This document shows positions 1 through 11,005 of a stretch of DNA of 64,000 bases, in pieces. Made by a program: the position numbers and the translations under genes. Location of the stretch: contig CBDIIB010000005.1 of assembly GCA_965279525.1 (NCBI GenBank), positions 1,664,001 through 1,728,000 of the forward strand, written 5' to 3'. Source of the DNA: Tagaea sp. (GTDB lineage Bacteria; Pseudomonadota; Alphaproteobacteria; CACIAM-22H2). How positions within the stretch are numbered: position 1 is the stretch's first letter; each line of letters begins with the position of its first letter. The notes below the pieces were generated by a model that saw only the letters and a program-made list of their open reading frames with translations, made no database searches and was not told the origin of the DNA.

Positions 1-768
1 ATCCGTGCCGACGGTCGCGGTATTGCTGCGCGTGCTGGCGACGTTCTGCCGGACGCGCAGGGCGACGCCGGGTGCGTCGAAATCGTGATAGGCGCCGGGA
101 TAGACGACGATGGACACCGGCGCACCGCGCCCGGCGGCAGCCTTGACGAGCGACACGCACGGCGGCGCGTTCGTCCAGTCGTCCTTCTCGCCGATCAGGA
201 TGTGCAGCGGGATCGCCGTATTCCATTCGGGGCGCACCGCGGCGACCGCGCGGCAGCCGGGATAGAACGCGACGGCCACGCGGAAATCGGCGGCGATGCC
301 CTTGCGGGCGGGCGCGTCGGTGCGCAGCGTCGACAGCGTGGCCATCGCACCGTTCGACCAGCCCATCAGGCCGATGTTTGCTGGCAGGATATCGGCGCGC
401 GCCTGCAGGAAGGCGAGCCCGCCATAGGCATCGAACGGGCGTTCGCGCTCGGGCCGCACCGGCGGCTCGCGCAAGGTGCAGGTTTCGCGCAGGCCGCGCG
501 GACCGAAACTGTCGACATGAAGGACGGCATAGCCGTGCTTGACCAGCAGCTCGTTCCATTGCGTGTCGCGCGCGGCGAGCTTGCCGTTCGAGCGCAGGAA
601 GCCCCCGCAGCCATGCAGCAGGACGACGGCCGGGAAGGGCCCCGATCCCGCCGGCCGGGCGAAGATGCCCGCGATGCGATCGCCGTTGGTCGCGGCGAAC
701 TCGACGCGCTCAAGTGCGCCGGCCGGTGCCGCGGCGAGCAGCAGTGCTGCGAGCAGTGCCGATCTCAT
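1..768 (-). CDS. Dienelactone hydrolase family (alpha/beta hydrolase), exported; runs off the window edge
   Basis: Not in ORF track; translated by hand from ATG at 768 (ATGA overlap with the permease stop): MRSALLAALLLAAAPAGA signal peptide, PAVVLLHGCGG, nucleophile GWSNG, IGEKDDWT, YPGAYHDFD. Confidence 0.88.
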   Translation of the reverse strand, partial: MRSALLAALLLAAAPAGALERVEFAATNGDRIAGIFARPAGSGPFPAVVLLHGCGGFLRSNGKLAARDTQWNELLVKHGYAVLHVDSFGPRGLRETCTLREPPVRPERERPFDAYGGLAFLQARADILPANIGLMGWSNGAMATLSTLRTDAPARKGIAADFRVAVAFYPGCRAVAAVRPEWNTAIPLHILIGEKDDWTNAPPCVSLVKAAAGRGAPVSIVVYPGAYHDFDAPGVALRVRQNVASTRSNTATVGTD

Positions 769-1592
769 TCGCTCGACTGGAGCAGTTGCCCGCGCTGGCG
801 CGCGCGCGCGAAGGCGAAAAGGAACGCGGCGAAGCCGATCGCGAGATAGACGAGGTTGAGCGCGAAGGCCGACGCGAGCAGGTCCCAGCGGAACGTGCCG
901 CCGATGACGAGGGCCCGCATCCCTTCGAACACGTGCGTCGAGGGCAGCGCCAGGGCCACGGGCTTGAGCCACGGCGGCAGGACGTCGACCGGATACCACA
1001 CGCCCGAAATGGGCTGGATCACGAAGACCGCCGCCCACGCGTAGGACTCCGCGGCAAGTCCGAAGCGGAACAGCAGCGACGCGATCATCAGCCCGACCGA
1101 CCAGCCGAGCATGATCAGCATCGTCCAGAACGCGACGAGCGGCAGGCCCATCTCGAAGATCGAATAGTGGAAGAGCGGGATCGCCAGCAGCGCCGCCGGG
1201 ATGACGCCGATCAGCGAACGCACCATGCCCAGCATCATCAGCGAGATGCCGAACTCGAAGGGCCGGAGCGGCGAGACGAACAGGTTGGCGAGGTTGCGCG
1301 ACCACATCTCCTCGAGCAGCGACAGCGTGAAGCCGAACTGGGCGCGCACCAGCACGTCCCACAGCAGCACGGCACCGATCAGCACGCCGGCGGCCTGGGC
1401 GAACCAGCTCGAATGCTGGTTGAGGAACACGGTGATGAAGCCCCAGATGACCATCTGCAGCAGCGGCCAGTACATGAGGTCGAACACGCGTGTCCACGAC
1501 CCGCGGAACAGGTAGTAGTGGCGCGACAGCATGGCGCCGAGACGGCCGAGACTGGCGCCGACGGGGCTCGCGTTCCCCGGGTTGGCGATCAT
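765..1592 (-). CDS. ABC-2 type transporter permease
   Basis: C-terminal part of ORF 765..2480 from MIANPG; several hydrophobic helices, SLLEEMWSRNLANLFVSPL and YPVDVLPPWL; ATGA overlap with ATPase stop. Confidence 0.9.
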   Translation of the reverse strand: MIANPGNASPVGASLGRLGAMLSRHYYLFRGSWTRVFDLMYWPLLQMVIWGFITVFLNQHSSWFAQAAGVLIGAVLLWDVLVRAQFGFTLSLLEEMWSRNLANLFVSPLRPFEFGISLMMLGMVRSLIGVIPAALLAIPLFHYSIFEMGLPLVAFWTMLIMLGWSVGLMIASLLFRFGLAAESYAWAAVFVIQPISGVWYPVDVLPPWLKPVALALPSTHVFEGMRALVIGGTFRWDLLASAFALNLVYLAIGFAAFLFAFARARQRGQLLQSSE

Positions 1593-2350
1593 TGCGCGGC
1601 CTCCACGTCGGTCGAGCTCGTGCCGCGCGCGATGTCGAGGAAGACCTGCTCCATGTCCTCGCGCCCGTAGCGGCGGATCAGCGTGTCCGGCGCCCCGCGG
1701 TCGACGATGCGCCCGCCTTTCATCATCAGCACGTCGGCGCACAGCCGCTCGACCTCGGCCATGTTGTGCGAGGCGAGCAGGATCGAGGCATGCGCCTTGC
1801 GCGCGTAGTTTTCCAGATGCGCCCGCACCCGGTCGGCCGTGTCGGGATCGAGGCTGGCGGTCGGTTCGTCGAGCAGCAGCAGCTCGGGCCGGTTGACCAG
1901 CGCCTTGGCAAGGGCCGCGCGCGTCTTCTGGCCCGAGGACAGCGTGCCGGTCTTGCGGTCGAGGATGGCGACCAGATCGAGCTCGCCCGCCAGCTCGTCG
2001 ATGCGGGCGCCGAGATCGCGCACGCCGTAGAGCCGGCCGAACACCGACAGGTTCTCGCGCACCGTGAGCCGGCCCGGCAGGTCGACATAGGGCGAGGAGA
2101 AATTCATGGCCGGCAGTGCCCGGAAGCGGTGCTTCAGCATGTCGTGGCCGAGCACGGTGACGCGTCCGGACGTGGGCACGAGGATGCCCAGCAGCATCGA
2201 GATCGTCGTCGTCTTGCCGGCCCCGTTGCCGCCCAGCAGGCCGACGATGGCCCCGCGCGGGACGGCGAACGAGATCGCGTCGACGGCCGGCGGGCCGTCG
2301 TCGCGGAAGCGTTTGGTCAGGCTTTCGACATTGATCGCGTCTTCGCTCAT
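1589..2350 (-). CDS. ABC transporter ATP-binding protein
   Basis: Walker A GGNGAGKTT, signature LSSGQ, Walker B LLLLDEP, SH switch; start taken at MSEDAINV. Confidence 0.93.
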   Translation of the reverse strand: MSEDAINVESLTKRFRDDGPPAVDAISFAVPRGAIVGLLGGNGAGKTTTISMLLGILVPTSGRVTVLGHDMLKHRFRALPAMNFSSPYVDLPGRLTVRENLSVFGRLYGVRDLGARIDELAGELDLVAILDRKTGTLSSGQKTRAALAKALVNRPELLLLDEPTASLDPDTADRVRAHLENYARKAHASILLASHNMAEVERLCADVLMMKGGRIVDRGAPDTLIRRYGREDMEQVFLDIARGTSSTDVEAAQ

Positions 2351-2400
2351 GGGGTGATATATGGCGCGTTCCGGCCGCAGAGGCCAGAGTGCCGGTTGCC

Positions 2401-3711
2401 ATGACGAACCCCGATCCCGCATCCCATCTCCGCCCGCCGGCCCCGGCAAATCCGCCGGTCGGCCGCGTGCGCCTGCGCACGCTCGTGACGGTGCGCTGGG
2501 TCGCGGTCGCCGGGCAGGCGGCGGCGATCCTGTTCGTCTATTTCGGCCTCGGCTACGATTTCTCGCTTCCCGCCACGCTGGGTGCGGTCACCGTTTCGGG
2601 CGTGCTCAACGCCGTGCTGACATTCGACCGTCCGCCGGCCGGCCGGCTCGACGACCGGGCCGCCGGCGCCGTGCTCGGCTACGACATCCTGCAGCTTGCC
2701 ACGCTGCTCTATTTCACCGGCGGTCTGCTCAATCCCTTCGCCGTCCTGCTGGTGGCCCCCGTCGCGGTCGCCGCCACGTCGCTGACGCGCCTGTCGACCG
2801 TGCTGCTGGGCATCATCGCCACGCTCGCGGCCGGCATGCTGGCCCTTTGGCATTATCCGCTGCCCGGCGCCCCCTCGGGCCATGTCCTTCCGTCGGCCTA
2901 TTCCTTCGGCCTGTGGCTGGCGCTGTCGCTGACCATCGTGTTCGTCGCGGCCTATGTCGGGCGGCTTGCCGACGAGGCACGCCAGATGTCGGACGCGCTC
3001 GCCGCCACGCAAGCCGCCCTCGCGCGCGAGAACCGGATGAGTGCCGTGGGCGGGCTCGCGGCGGCTGCCGCGCACGAGCTGGGAACGCCGCTTGCCACCA
3101 TCGCCCTTGTCGCCAAGGAGCTGGCGCGCGACGCGCCCGTCGGCCCGGTGCGCGAGGACGCCGAACTGCTGCTGCAGGAATCGATGCGCTGCCGCGACAT
3201 TCTCGCGCGGCTGGCCGCCAAGCCCGAGGGCGGCGGCCCGGCAGGCGACCCGTTCCCGCGCCCCAAGCTGTCGGTGCTGCTCGGCGAGATCGCGGCGCGC
3301 TATGCGCGCGACGGCATCGCGCCGGAGATCTTGACCGACTATGCCGACGGCATCGATCCGCCGACGGCGCGGGCACCCGAAATGGTCCAGGCGATCGGCA
3401 CGCTGATCGAGAATGCCTGCCAGTTCGCCGCCGGCAGCGTGCAGGTGCGCGCCTGGTCGGACCGGCAGACGGTCGGCGTCGAGGTGCGCGACGACGGGCC
3501 GGGCTTCGCGCCCGACATCCTCGGCCGGCTGGGCGAACCCTATGTCTCGACGCGCGCGGACGAAGGGGACCACATGGGGCTTGGCATCTTCATCGCAACG
3601 ACATTGCTTTCCCGGTCCGGAGGTGCGGTATCCTTCGAGAACGGCGCCGACGGCGGCGCGCGGGTGACGGTCGTGTGGCCGCGCACCGCATTCGCGGGCG
3701 GGATGAAATGA
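2401..3711 (+). CDS. regB: ActS/PrrB/RegB family redox-sensing histidine kinase
   Basis: TM region with quinone-binding GGLLNPF, H-box AAAAHELGTPL, redox Cys in MRCRDIL, DDGPGF and MGLG boxes. Confidence 0.93.
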   Translation: MTNPDPASHLRPPAPANPPVGRVRLRTLVTVRWVAVAGQAAAILFVYFGLGYDFSLPATLGAVTVSGVLNAVLTFDRPPAGRLDDRAAGAVLGYDILQLATLLYFTGGLLNPFAVLLVAPVAVAATSLTRLSTVLLGIIATLAAGMLALWHYPLPGAPSGHVLPSAYSFGLWLALSLTIVFVAAYVGRLADEARQMSDALAATQAALARENRMSAVGGLAAAAAHELGTPLATIALVAKELARDAPVGPVREDAELLLQESMRCRDILARLAAKPEGGGPAGDPFPRPKLSVLLGEIAARYARDGIAPEILTDYADGIDPPTARAPEMVQAIGTLIENACQFAAGSVQVRAWSDRQTVGVEVRDDGPGFAPDILGRLGEPYVSTRADEGDHMGLGIFIATTLLSRSGGAVSFENGADGGARVTVVWPRTAFAGGMK

Positions 3712-3724
3712 CGGGCAGGGGCAA

Positions 3725-4276
3725 GTGAGCGAGATCGATTCGGGCAACAAGCACCTGCTGATCGTCGAGGACGACGAGGCGTTCCGGCTGCGGCTGGCGC
3801 GCGCGATGGAACGGCGCGGCTATACCGTATCGATGGCCGAATCCATCGCCGCCGCCGGGGCCGCGATCGAAGCGCATGCGCCCGAGTACGCGGTCGTCGA
3901 CCTGAAGCTCGGCGACGGATCGGGGCTCGATCTCGTGCCCCGCATCCGCGAACTGGCACCCGACGCGCGCATCGTGATCCTGACCGGCTACGGCAACATC
4001 GCCACGTCGGTCGCGGCGATCAAGGCCGGTGCCGTCGACTACCTGCCCAAGCCCTCCGACGCCGACGCGATCGACGCCGCGCTCCAGGCCGTCGACCGCG
4101 CGCTGCCGGCCCCGCCGGACCATCCGATGTCGGCCGACCGCGTGCGCTGGGAGCATATCCAGCGCGTGTTCGAGCAGTGCGACCGCAACGTCTCGGAAAC
4201 GGCGCGCCGCCTCAACATGCATCGCCGCACGCTGCAGCGCATCCTCGCCAAGCACGCGCCGCGCGAGCATCTCTGA
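3725..4276 (+). CDS. regA: ActR/PrrA/RegA family response regulator
   Basis: Receiver domain plus the invariant HTH PMSADRVRWEHIQRVFEQCDRNVSETARRLNMHRRTLQRILAK; directly after regB. Confidence 0.96.
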   Translation: MSEIDSGNKHLLIVEDDEAFRLRLARAMERRGYTVSMAESIAAAGAAIEAHAPEYAVVDLKLGDGSGLDLVPRIRELAPDARIVILTGYGNIATSVAAIKAGAVDYLPKPSDADAIDAALQAVDRALPAPPDHPMSADRVRWEHIQRVFEQCDRNVSETARRLNMHRRTLQRILAKHAPREHL

Positions 4277-4290
4277 GCGCGGGCCCGTCC

Positions 4291-5790
4291 ATGCCGGCGA
4301 CCACCCGCCTGCTCACGGCCCTCGGTGCGGTGCTGTGGCTGTCCTACGTGGCGCTGGCGGGCCGGCCGACGGCCGCGATCTACGCCACGCCGATCGCCGA
4401 AGACGGCTGGTATGCGCTGACCGTGGCGCGCGCGGCCGCGCGCGGTCTGGGCATCACGATCGACGGCGTGGCGTGGACCAACGGATTCCAGCCGCTCTTC
4501 ACGCTCCTCGAGGCGATCTGCTTCGCGCTGGCCGACGGTGCCGCCGAGACGGGCCTGCGCCTGTTCTTCGTGCTTGCCGCGCTCGTGCACGCGGCGGGCG
4601 CGCTGCTGGTGGCAAGCCTCGCGCGCGACGTGTGGGACGGGACGCGCGACGAACGCCGGCTTGCCGGCGTGCTGGCATTCGTCGGCTATCTCGCGGCGAT
4701 CAAGGCCTACAACGATTTCTATACGGGCCTCGAGACCGGGCTGCAGCTTGCCCTCTACGCCGCCGTCTGGCGGCTTTACACGCGCGACTGGCGCAACCTC
4801 GCCGGCGACCGGATCGCGATGGGCGTGCTGCTCGGCATGCTGGTGCTGGCGCGCATCGATGCGGCCGTGTTCGTCGCGGCGTTCTGCCTCGTCGAGCTGT
4901 GGCGGGGACGGGCGGCGCTGCGCGACACGCTGGCGCGCTGCATCACGGTCGGCGGGCTCGCCGTCCTCGTCTCGTCGCCCTGGTGGATCTACAACACGCT
5001 CGTTTTCGGGCATCCGATGCCGATCTCCGGCTTCGCGCAGCAGTCGCTGGAGATCTCGCCGGAGCGAACGCTGACGGCCCTGTGGGCGCTGCGCAGCGTC
5101 GCGGTGCCGTGGATATTCGCGGGTGCCTACGAGGCCTGGTGGAGCGATGCGCTGCGCGTGGCCGCGATCGGCGGGATCGCCGCCCTCGTGCTGCTTGCCC
5201 GCCGCCGCCAGCTCGTCGGCCAAGTCGAGACCGAAAGCCGCGTTTTCGTCGCCATCCTGCTCGCGACCTATGCGGCACTCGTGCCCTATTACTGGCTCAC
5301 GTTCTTCGCCGACTGGTTCTACATCCGCTATTTCGCGCCGCTCTCGCTGCTCGCGTTCGTGTTCGTGCCCGCACTCGCCGCGCGCGTCGCACCGCGCATG
5401 GCACCGGCCGCGATGGCCGCGGCCGGCGTGCTGACGGCGGTCCTGCTCGTGCTGGCCTGGCGCGGCGAGGGCGTATTCGGCGCGTCCTCGCATCACATCC
5501 AGCTCGCCCTGGTCGAGAAGCACGTGCTGCCCGGCGACACGGTGGCGGCCGGCCAGTCGGGGATGCTCGGGTTCCGGCGTGCCTACGTCGTCAATGTCGA
5601 CGGCAAGGTCAATGCCGAGGCGCTGAAATGGCGCGGACGCATCTGGGAATATCTCGACACGCGCGACATCGGCTGGTTCGCCGATTCGACGTGGTACGTC
5701 GAGACCAATCTCGGGCTTCGTCCCGAAGAGAACGGCTGGCGCCTGGTCGACTCGCAAGGCGACTTCCGCCTCTACCGGCGCGTGCGCTAG
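4291..5790 (+). CDS. Polytopic membrane protein, probable GT-C fold glycosyltransferase
   Basis: Many hydrophobic helices; EDGWYALTVAR, TNGFQPL, GLETGL, LARID motifs typical of lipid-linked-sugar transferases; ATG 14 nt after regA stop. Confidence 0.6.
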   Translation: MPATTRLLTALGAVLWLSYVALAGRPTAAIYATPIAEDGWYALTVARAAARGLGITIDGVAWTNGFQPLFTLLEAICFALADGAAETGLRLFFVLAALVHAAGALLVASLARDVWDGTRDERRLAGVLAFVGYLAAIKAYNDFYTGLETGLQLALYAAVWRLYTRDWRNLAGDRIAMGVLLGMLVLARIDAAVFVAAFCLVELWRGRAALRDTLARCITVGGLAVLVSSPWWIYNTLVFGHPMPISGFAQQSLEISPERTLTALWALRSVAVPWIFAGAYEAWWSDALRVAAIGGIAALVLLARRRQLVGQVETESRVFVAILLATYAALVPYYWLTFFADWFYIRYFAPLSLLAFVFVPALAARVAPRMAPAAMAAAGVLTAVLLVLAWRGEGVFGASSHHIQLALVEKHVLPGDTVAAGQSGMLGFRRAYVVNVDGKVNAEALKWRGRIWEYLDTRDIGWFADSTWYVETNLGLRPEENGWRLVDSQGDFRLYRRVR

Positions 5791-7202
5791 TACGCGTTTT
5801 CCTTGCCCAGGATGGCGAGCGGCGTGAGCGTCAGGATCTTCATGTCGAACAGCAGCGACCAGTTGTCGATGTAGTAGAGGTCGAACTGCACGCGCCGGCG
5901 CATCTTCTCGGGCGTGTCGGTCTCGCCGCGCAGGCCGTTGACCTGCGCCCAGCCGGTCATGCCCGGCTTGACGCGGTGGCGGGCGAGATAGTCGTCGATC
6001 ACCTTGGCGTACTGCTCGTTGTGCGCGACCGCATGCGGGCGCGGACCCACCAGCGACATGTCGCCCATCAGCACGTTGAGGAGCTGCGGGAACTCGTCGA
6101 GCGACGAGCGGCGCAGGAACTTGCCCACGCGCGTGACGCGCGGATCGTCCTTGGTCGCCTGCGGCACCGAAGGTTCCTCGGCGCGCTGGTGGTACATCGT
6201 GCGGAACTTGAAGACGACGATCTCGTTGTTGGCGAAGCCGTAGCGGCGCTGGCGGAACAAGGCCGGCCCCGGGCTGTCGAGCTTGACGGCGGCGGCCACG
6301 GCCAGCAGCACCGGCGACAGCACGACGAGCAGGATGGCCGCGAGGATGCGGTCCTCGAGCGCTTTCAGCACGAGGCTCCAGCCCGAGAGCGGGCGCTCCA
6401 GCACCGACAGCATCGGGATGCCGGCGATGGCATGGAAGCCGCGCGCGGGCAGGTAGGTGCCGATGTAATCCGGGCACAGCTTCACGTCGACCGGCACGAC
6501 CTTCAGCTTCTTGATCAGGTCCTGCAGGTCGGACGAGGCCTGCCACGGCAGGGCCACGACGATCTCGTCGACCGGATGCGTGCGGCAATAGGCGATGAGG
6601 TCGTCGACCGTGCCGGTCACCGGCTGGCCCTCGATCGTGTCGGGCAGGCGGTCGCGCCGGTCGTCGAACACGCCCACGATGCGGTATTCCTGCGTGCGCA
6701 CGTCGGCCATGTGCTTGAGGAACGCGCGCCCCATCTCGCCCGCCCCGATCACCGCGAGGTTCATGGCAAGGCGCCCCTGCGCGCGCCAGCGGTCGATCTG
6801 CATCAGCAGCAGCAGCCGCACGAGGATGAGACCACCGAAGCCGAGTGCCAGCCAGCCGATCGCGAAGGCGCGGCTGAAGGCGACGGAGGTCTGGGTGAAA
6901 TAGGCCAGCGCGATCAGGCTGGCCATCACGCCGGTCCACGCCATCGCGAGCTTGCCGAACTGGCTTGCCAGCCTGGACAGGTTCTCGAACACGTAGAGCC
7001 GGGCGACCTGCATGTAGTTGGCGGCGAGACCCATCGCCGCGAGGATCGCCATCAGATAGAGATCGGGGATGGCCCAGCTGTCGTGGCGGGCCCAATAGGC
7101 GACCCAGGCGGCAAGCGCCACCACGCCGACATCGGCCACCCGCAGCGCCCCCAGCACCAAGGTCTGCAGATCGGCGGCGACGACGTTGTTTTTCCGTTTC
7201 AT
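5787..7202 (-). CDS. wcaJ: Undecaprenyl-phosphate glucose phosphotransferase (WcaJ family)
   Basis: N-terminal TM helices, FKFRTM, SLDEFPQLLNVLMGDMSLVGPRP, VKPGMTGWAQVNGLRGET, DLYYIDNWS. Confidence 0.92.
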   Translation of the reverse strand: MKRKNNVVAADLQTLVLGALRVADVGVVALAAWVAYWARHDSWAIPDLYLMAILAAMGLAANYMQVARLYVFENLSRLASQFGKLAMAWTGVMASLIALAYFTQTSVAFSRAFAIGWLALGFGGLILVRLLLLMQIDRWRAQGRLAMNLAVIGAGEMGRAFLKHMADVRTQEYRIVGVFDDRRDRLPDTIEGQPVTGTVDDLIAYCRTHPVDEIVVALPWQASSDLQDLIKKLKVVPVDVKLCPDYIGTYLPARGFHAIAGIPMLSVLERPLSGWSLVLKALEDRILAAILLVVLSPVLLAVAAAVKLDSPGPALFRQRRYGFANNEIVVFKFRTMYHQRAEEPSVPQATKDDPRVTRVGKFLRRSSLDEFPQLLNVLMGDMSLVGPRPHAVAHNEQYAKVIDDYLARHRVKPGMTGWAQVNGLRGETDTPEKMRRRVQFDLYYIDNWSLLFDMKILTLTPLAILGKENAY

Positions 7203-7321
7203 TTCAGTCTGTTGCCCAAGTCCTGCGGGCATTTGAAGGTCCGCGAGCATAAGCCACCCCGCTGCTGGAAGCAAAGTCGATCTCGGGACAGAACGGCCTC
7301 GGGGGGTGTAGCATTTCAGCC

Positions 7322-7903
7322 ATGGACTTGACGAACCTCGACATGGATTTTCTGGCGTGGGGCATGCTCGCCGCGGCGGGCATCGCGGTCGTCCTGCGCC
7401 TGCGCGCCGCGTTCGAGCGCCGGCAGGAAGCCGAGCGGCCGACCGAGGAATACGTCGTGCGCGTGGCGCGCCGCCACAAGCCCGGCATGGGGGCCGCCCC
7501 GCTGATCAACGTGCCGTTCGCCGCCAACGCCGCCGGCCCCGATCCCGAGGACGCCGTGCGCCGGATGGCGCGCACGCTGCTCGCCCTTGCCGACAAGCGC
7601 GACCCGGTGGGGGCCGCCCAGGCCCGCCGCGCCGCCGCAAGGATCACCACACTTGCCGCCAGCCGCGGCATCGGCGGCGAGGACGTGGAGCGGGCCGCCC
7701 TTGCCGGCATGCTGCTGAAACTCGGCCCCGGCGTGCTGCCGGTGAGCCTGCAGCCCAAGCCCGAGCGCGAGCTTTCCAGCGTGCTGATGGACACCGCGCG
7801 CCTCGAAGGACCGGTCCCGGCGATCGTGCGCGCGATCCGCGACGGCGTGCCGGTCGAGCCGAAGCTCGAAGCGCTCGTCAGTCTCGTGCGCGAGGCTGCA
7901 TAA
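7322..7903 (+). CDS. Hypothetical membrane-anchored protein with degenerate HD-GYP-like segment
   Basis: ATG with GGGGGTG upstream, N-terminal TM; LADKRDPVGAAQARRAA...AALAGMLLKLG resembles the HD-GYP N-terminal helices without HD. Confidence 0.6.
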   Translation: MDLTNLDMDFLAWGMLAAAGIAVVLRLRAAFERRQEAERPTEEYVVRVARRHKPGMGAAPLINVPFAANAAGPDPEDAVRRMARTLLALADKRDPVGAAQARRAAARITTLAASRGIGGEDVERAALAGMLLKLGPGVLPVSLQPKPERELSSVLMDTARLEGPVPAIVRAIRDGVPVEPKLEALVSLVREAA

Positions 7904-7996
7904 GCCCGGAATTTACGGCCGCCATCCCCGTTGTCTCGGGCCGGACAGCCTGATACTTCCAACCCCCGCAAGAACGCCGGAAAAGGTCGAACACCC

Positions 7997-8977
<981 letters not shown>

Positions 8978-9074
8978 CACTTCCCTTCGGTGCGCCGTCG
9001 GTCCCGGCGATTTGCACTGTACTCGAATTGGCCGGAAATGCCTGATATACGGGTAGCGGAAGGGGCATTCCGAT

Positions 9075-10961
9075 TTGAGTCCGCGTACCAGCAGGAAGCT
9101 AAGGGCGATCTTGGTTGCGGACGTCGTCGGCTATAGCCGGCTCATGGGTTTGGACGAGGATGCGACATTCGCAGACCTCAAGGCGGTCTTCGCCGGCATT
9201 GTCGAGCCGAAGGTTTCCGCGCATCACGGGCGCATTTTCAAATCGGTCGGCGACGGCTTTCTCGCGGAGTTCGAGAGCGTCGTCGATGCGCTGCATCTTG
9301 CGGTCGAAGTCCAGGCCGCAATGGCAGCTCGTGCCGATGGCGTTCCCGAGGACCGGCGCATCCGGTTCCGGATCGGGATCAATATCGGCGACGTGATTGC
9401 CGACGAGGGCGACGTCTACGGTGACGGCGTCAACGTTGCCGCGCGCCTCGAAGGCCTTGCCGAGCCGGGCGGCATCTGCGTCAGCAAGGCGGTCGTCGAC
9501 TATTTCGGCGCGCGCAAGGGCTTCGAGTTCGAAAGCCTGGGGCGGGTAAAGGCGAAGAACATCACGCATCCGGTCTATGCCTATCGGCTGCGCGAACAGT
9601 CCGGAAGGCCTGTCGCGCGCTTTCGCATGCGGGCATTCGCGGTTGCCGCTGCCGTGGTCGCCACGATCGGGACGGGGCTGTATTTCGGCGTTGACGCCCT
9701 CCTGCCGTCCGGAAGCCGGACGCCGGATGCGACCGCTGCCATCCCGGACAAGGGACTTTCCGTCGTGGTGCGGCCGATCAGCGACCGGTCAGCCGATTCG
9801 ACCAAGGCATGGATTGCCGATGCGCTGACCGACGACCTGATTTCGGACCTTTCGCGCATATCCGGTTCGTTCGTCATCGCCCGGAGCACGGCCTTCGCCT
9901 ACAAGAACAGCGATGTCGATGCCCGCCAGATATCCCGCGAGCTCGGCGTGCGCTATGTCCTGGAGGGATCGGTTCGCCACGAGCCGGGCGGGCTGCGGAT
10001 GGATGTGGCGCTCATCGACGGCGAGAACGGCCGTCAGGTCTGGTCGGAGCGGTTCGAGCGCAGCGGAGCCGACGAGCGCGAGATCTCGCGCGACATCACC
10101 GGGCGGATCGCGCGCGCGCTCAACATCCAGCTCAAGGAAGATGCAAGCCGCCGCGTGGCATCCAGATCGCCGGCCAGCCTCGACTCCGCCGAACTGGCGA
10201 CATTGGCCTGGACGGTCCTGTTCAATCGCCCGCAGTCGCGCGATACCAACCTGGAGGCCGCCCCGCTCATCGAGCGCGCGCTGTCGCTCGACGAGCGAAA
10301 CGTCGAGGCGTGGATCGGAGCGGCGTATGTCCATACGCGCGCCGCACTTTACGGCTGGTCGGAGTCCCGCCCGGCGTCGCTGCGCTTGGCGATCGATGCC
10401 GGCGAGCGTGCGATCCGGCTCGGCCCCGAAAATGCGGATGCCTTCTACGTCCTGGGCTTCGCCAGCCACATCGCCAACGATGTCGAGCGTGCCCGGCATC
10501 TGTTCGCGCGCTGCATAGAGATCAATCCCAATTTCGCGCCGGCGTACAACTGGCAGGGAATAATCGAGTATTTCGACGGGCACCCCGAACGGGCATTGCC
10601 GCTGATACGTCAGGCGATCCGCCTCAGCCCGCGCGACGGATTGCTGAGCGTATGGCGGGCAAATGCGGCGATGTCGATACTGCTGATGAGCGACTTCGAA
10701 GGGGCTGCGGCGGAAGCGCGCGCGGGAATTTCCGACAACCCCCGGCATCCCAACAACCACGCGATCCTGGCTTCCGCCTATGGCCATCTTGGCCGGACCG
10801 CCGACGCGCGGGCTGCCCTTTTGCGATTCCTCGACCTGTCTTCGGGAAGCGGCACGTTGAAGCGGATCGTCGATCTCGGGCGTCCGGATCCCGAAACCTT
10901 CGCCCGACGATTCAAGGTCTATCTGGCCGGCCTGCAACTTGCCGGCTTGCCGGAGAATTGA
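9075..10961 (+). CDS. Class III adenylate/guanylate cyclase with TM, TolB-like and TPR domains
   Basis: AILVADVVGYSRLM, FKSVGDG, RIGINIGDV, GDGVNVAARLE; then IARSTAFAYK...LGVRYVLEGSVR and TPR-like helices; TTG start. Confidence 0.9.
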   Translation: MSPRTSRKLRAILVADVVGYSRLMGLDEDATFADLKAVFAGIVEPKVSAHHGRIFKSVGDGFLAEFESVVDALHLAVEVQAAMAARADGVPEDRRIRFRIGINIGDVIADEGDVYGDGVNVAARLEGLAEPGGICVSKAVVDYFGARKGFEFESLGRVKAKNITHPVYAYRLREQSGRPVARFRMRAFAVAAAVVATIGTGLYFGVDALLPSGSRTPDATAAIPDKGLSVVVRPISDRSADSTKAWIADALTDDLISDLSRISGSFVIARSTAFAYKNSDVDARQISRELGVRYVLEGSVRHEPGGLRMDVALIDGENGRQVWSERFERSGADEREISRDITGRIARALNIQLKEDASRRVASRSPASLDSAELATLAWTVLFNRPQSRDTNLEAAPLIERALSLDERNVEAWIGAAYVHTRAALYGWSESRPASLRLAIDAGERAIRLGPENADAFYVLGFASHIANDVERARHLFARCIEINPNFAPAYNWQGIIEYFDGHPERALPLIRQAIRLSPRDGLLSVWRANAAMSILLMSDFEGAAAEARAGISDNPRHPNNHAILASAYGHLGRTADARAALLRFLDLSSGSGTLKRIVDLGRPDPETFARRFKVYLAGLQLAGLPEN

Positions 10962-11005
10962 AGCCACATTCGTTGCGGTGCCCGTCGCGCGCCGCAGGTA
11001 CCTGA

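Noticed and set aside
85-849. Plus-strand 254-aa ORF at the window start
   Set aside because: Antisense shadow of the minus-strand dienelactone hydrolase, which has clear catalytic motifs
9075-10961. Cyclase-TPR gene as a mobile element because of slightly more A/T-ending codons
   Set aside because: The shift is modest by eye, there are no flanking repeats or mobility genes, and the family is commonly expanded in Alphaproteobacteria
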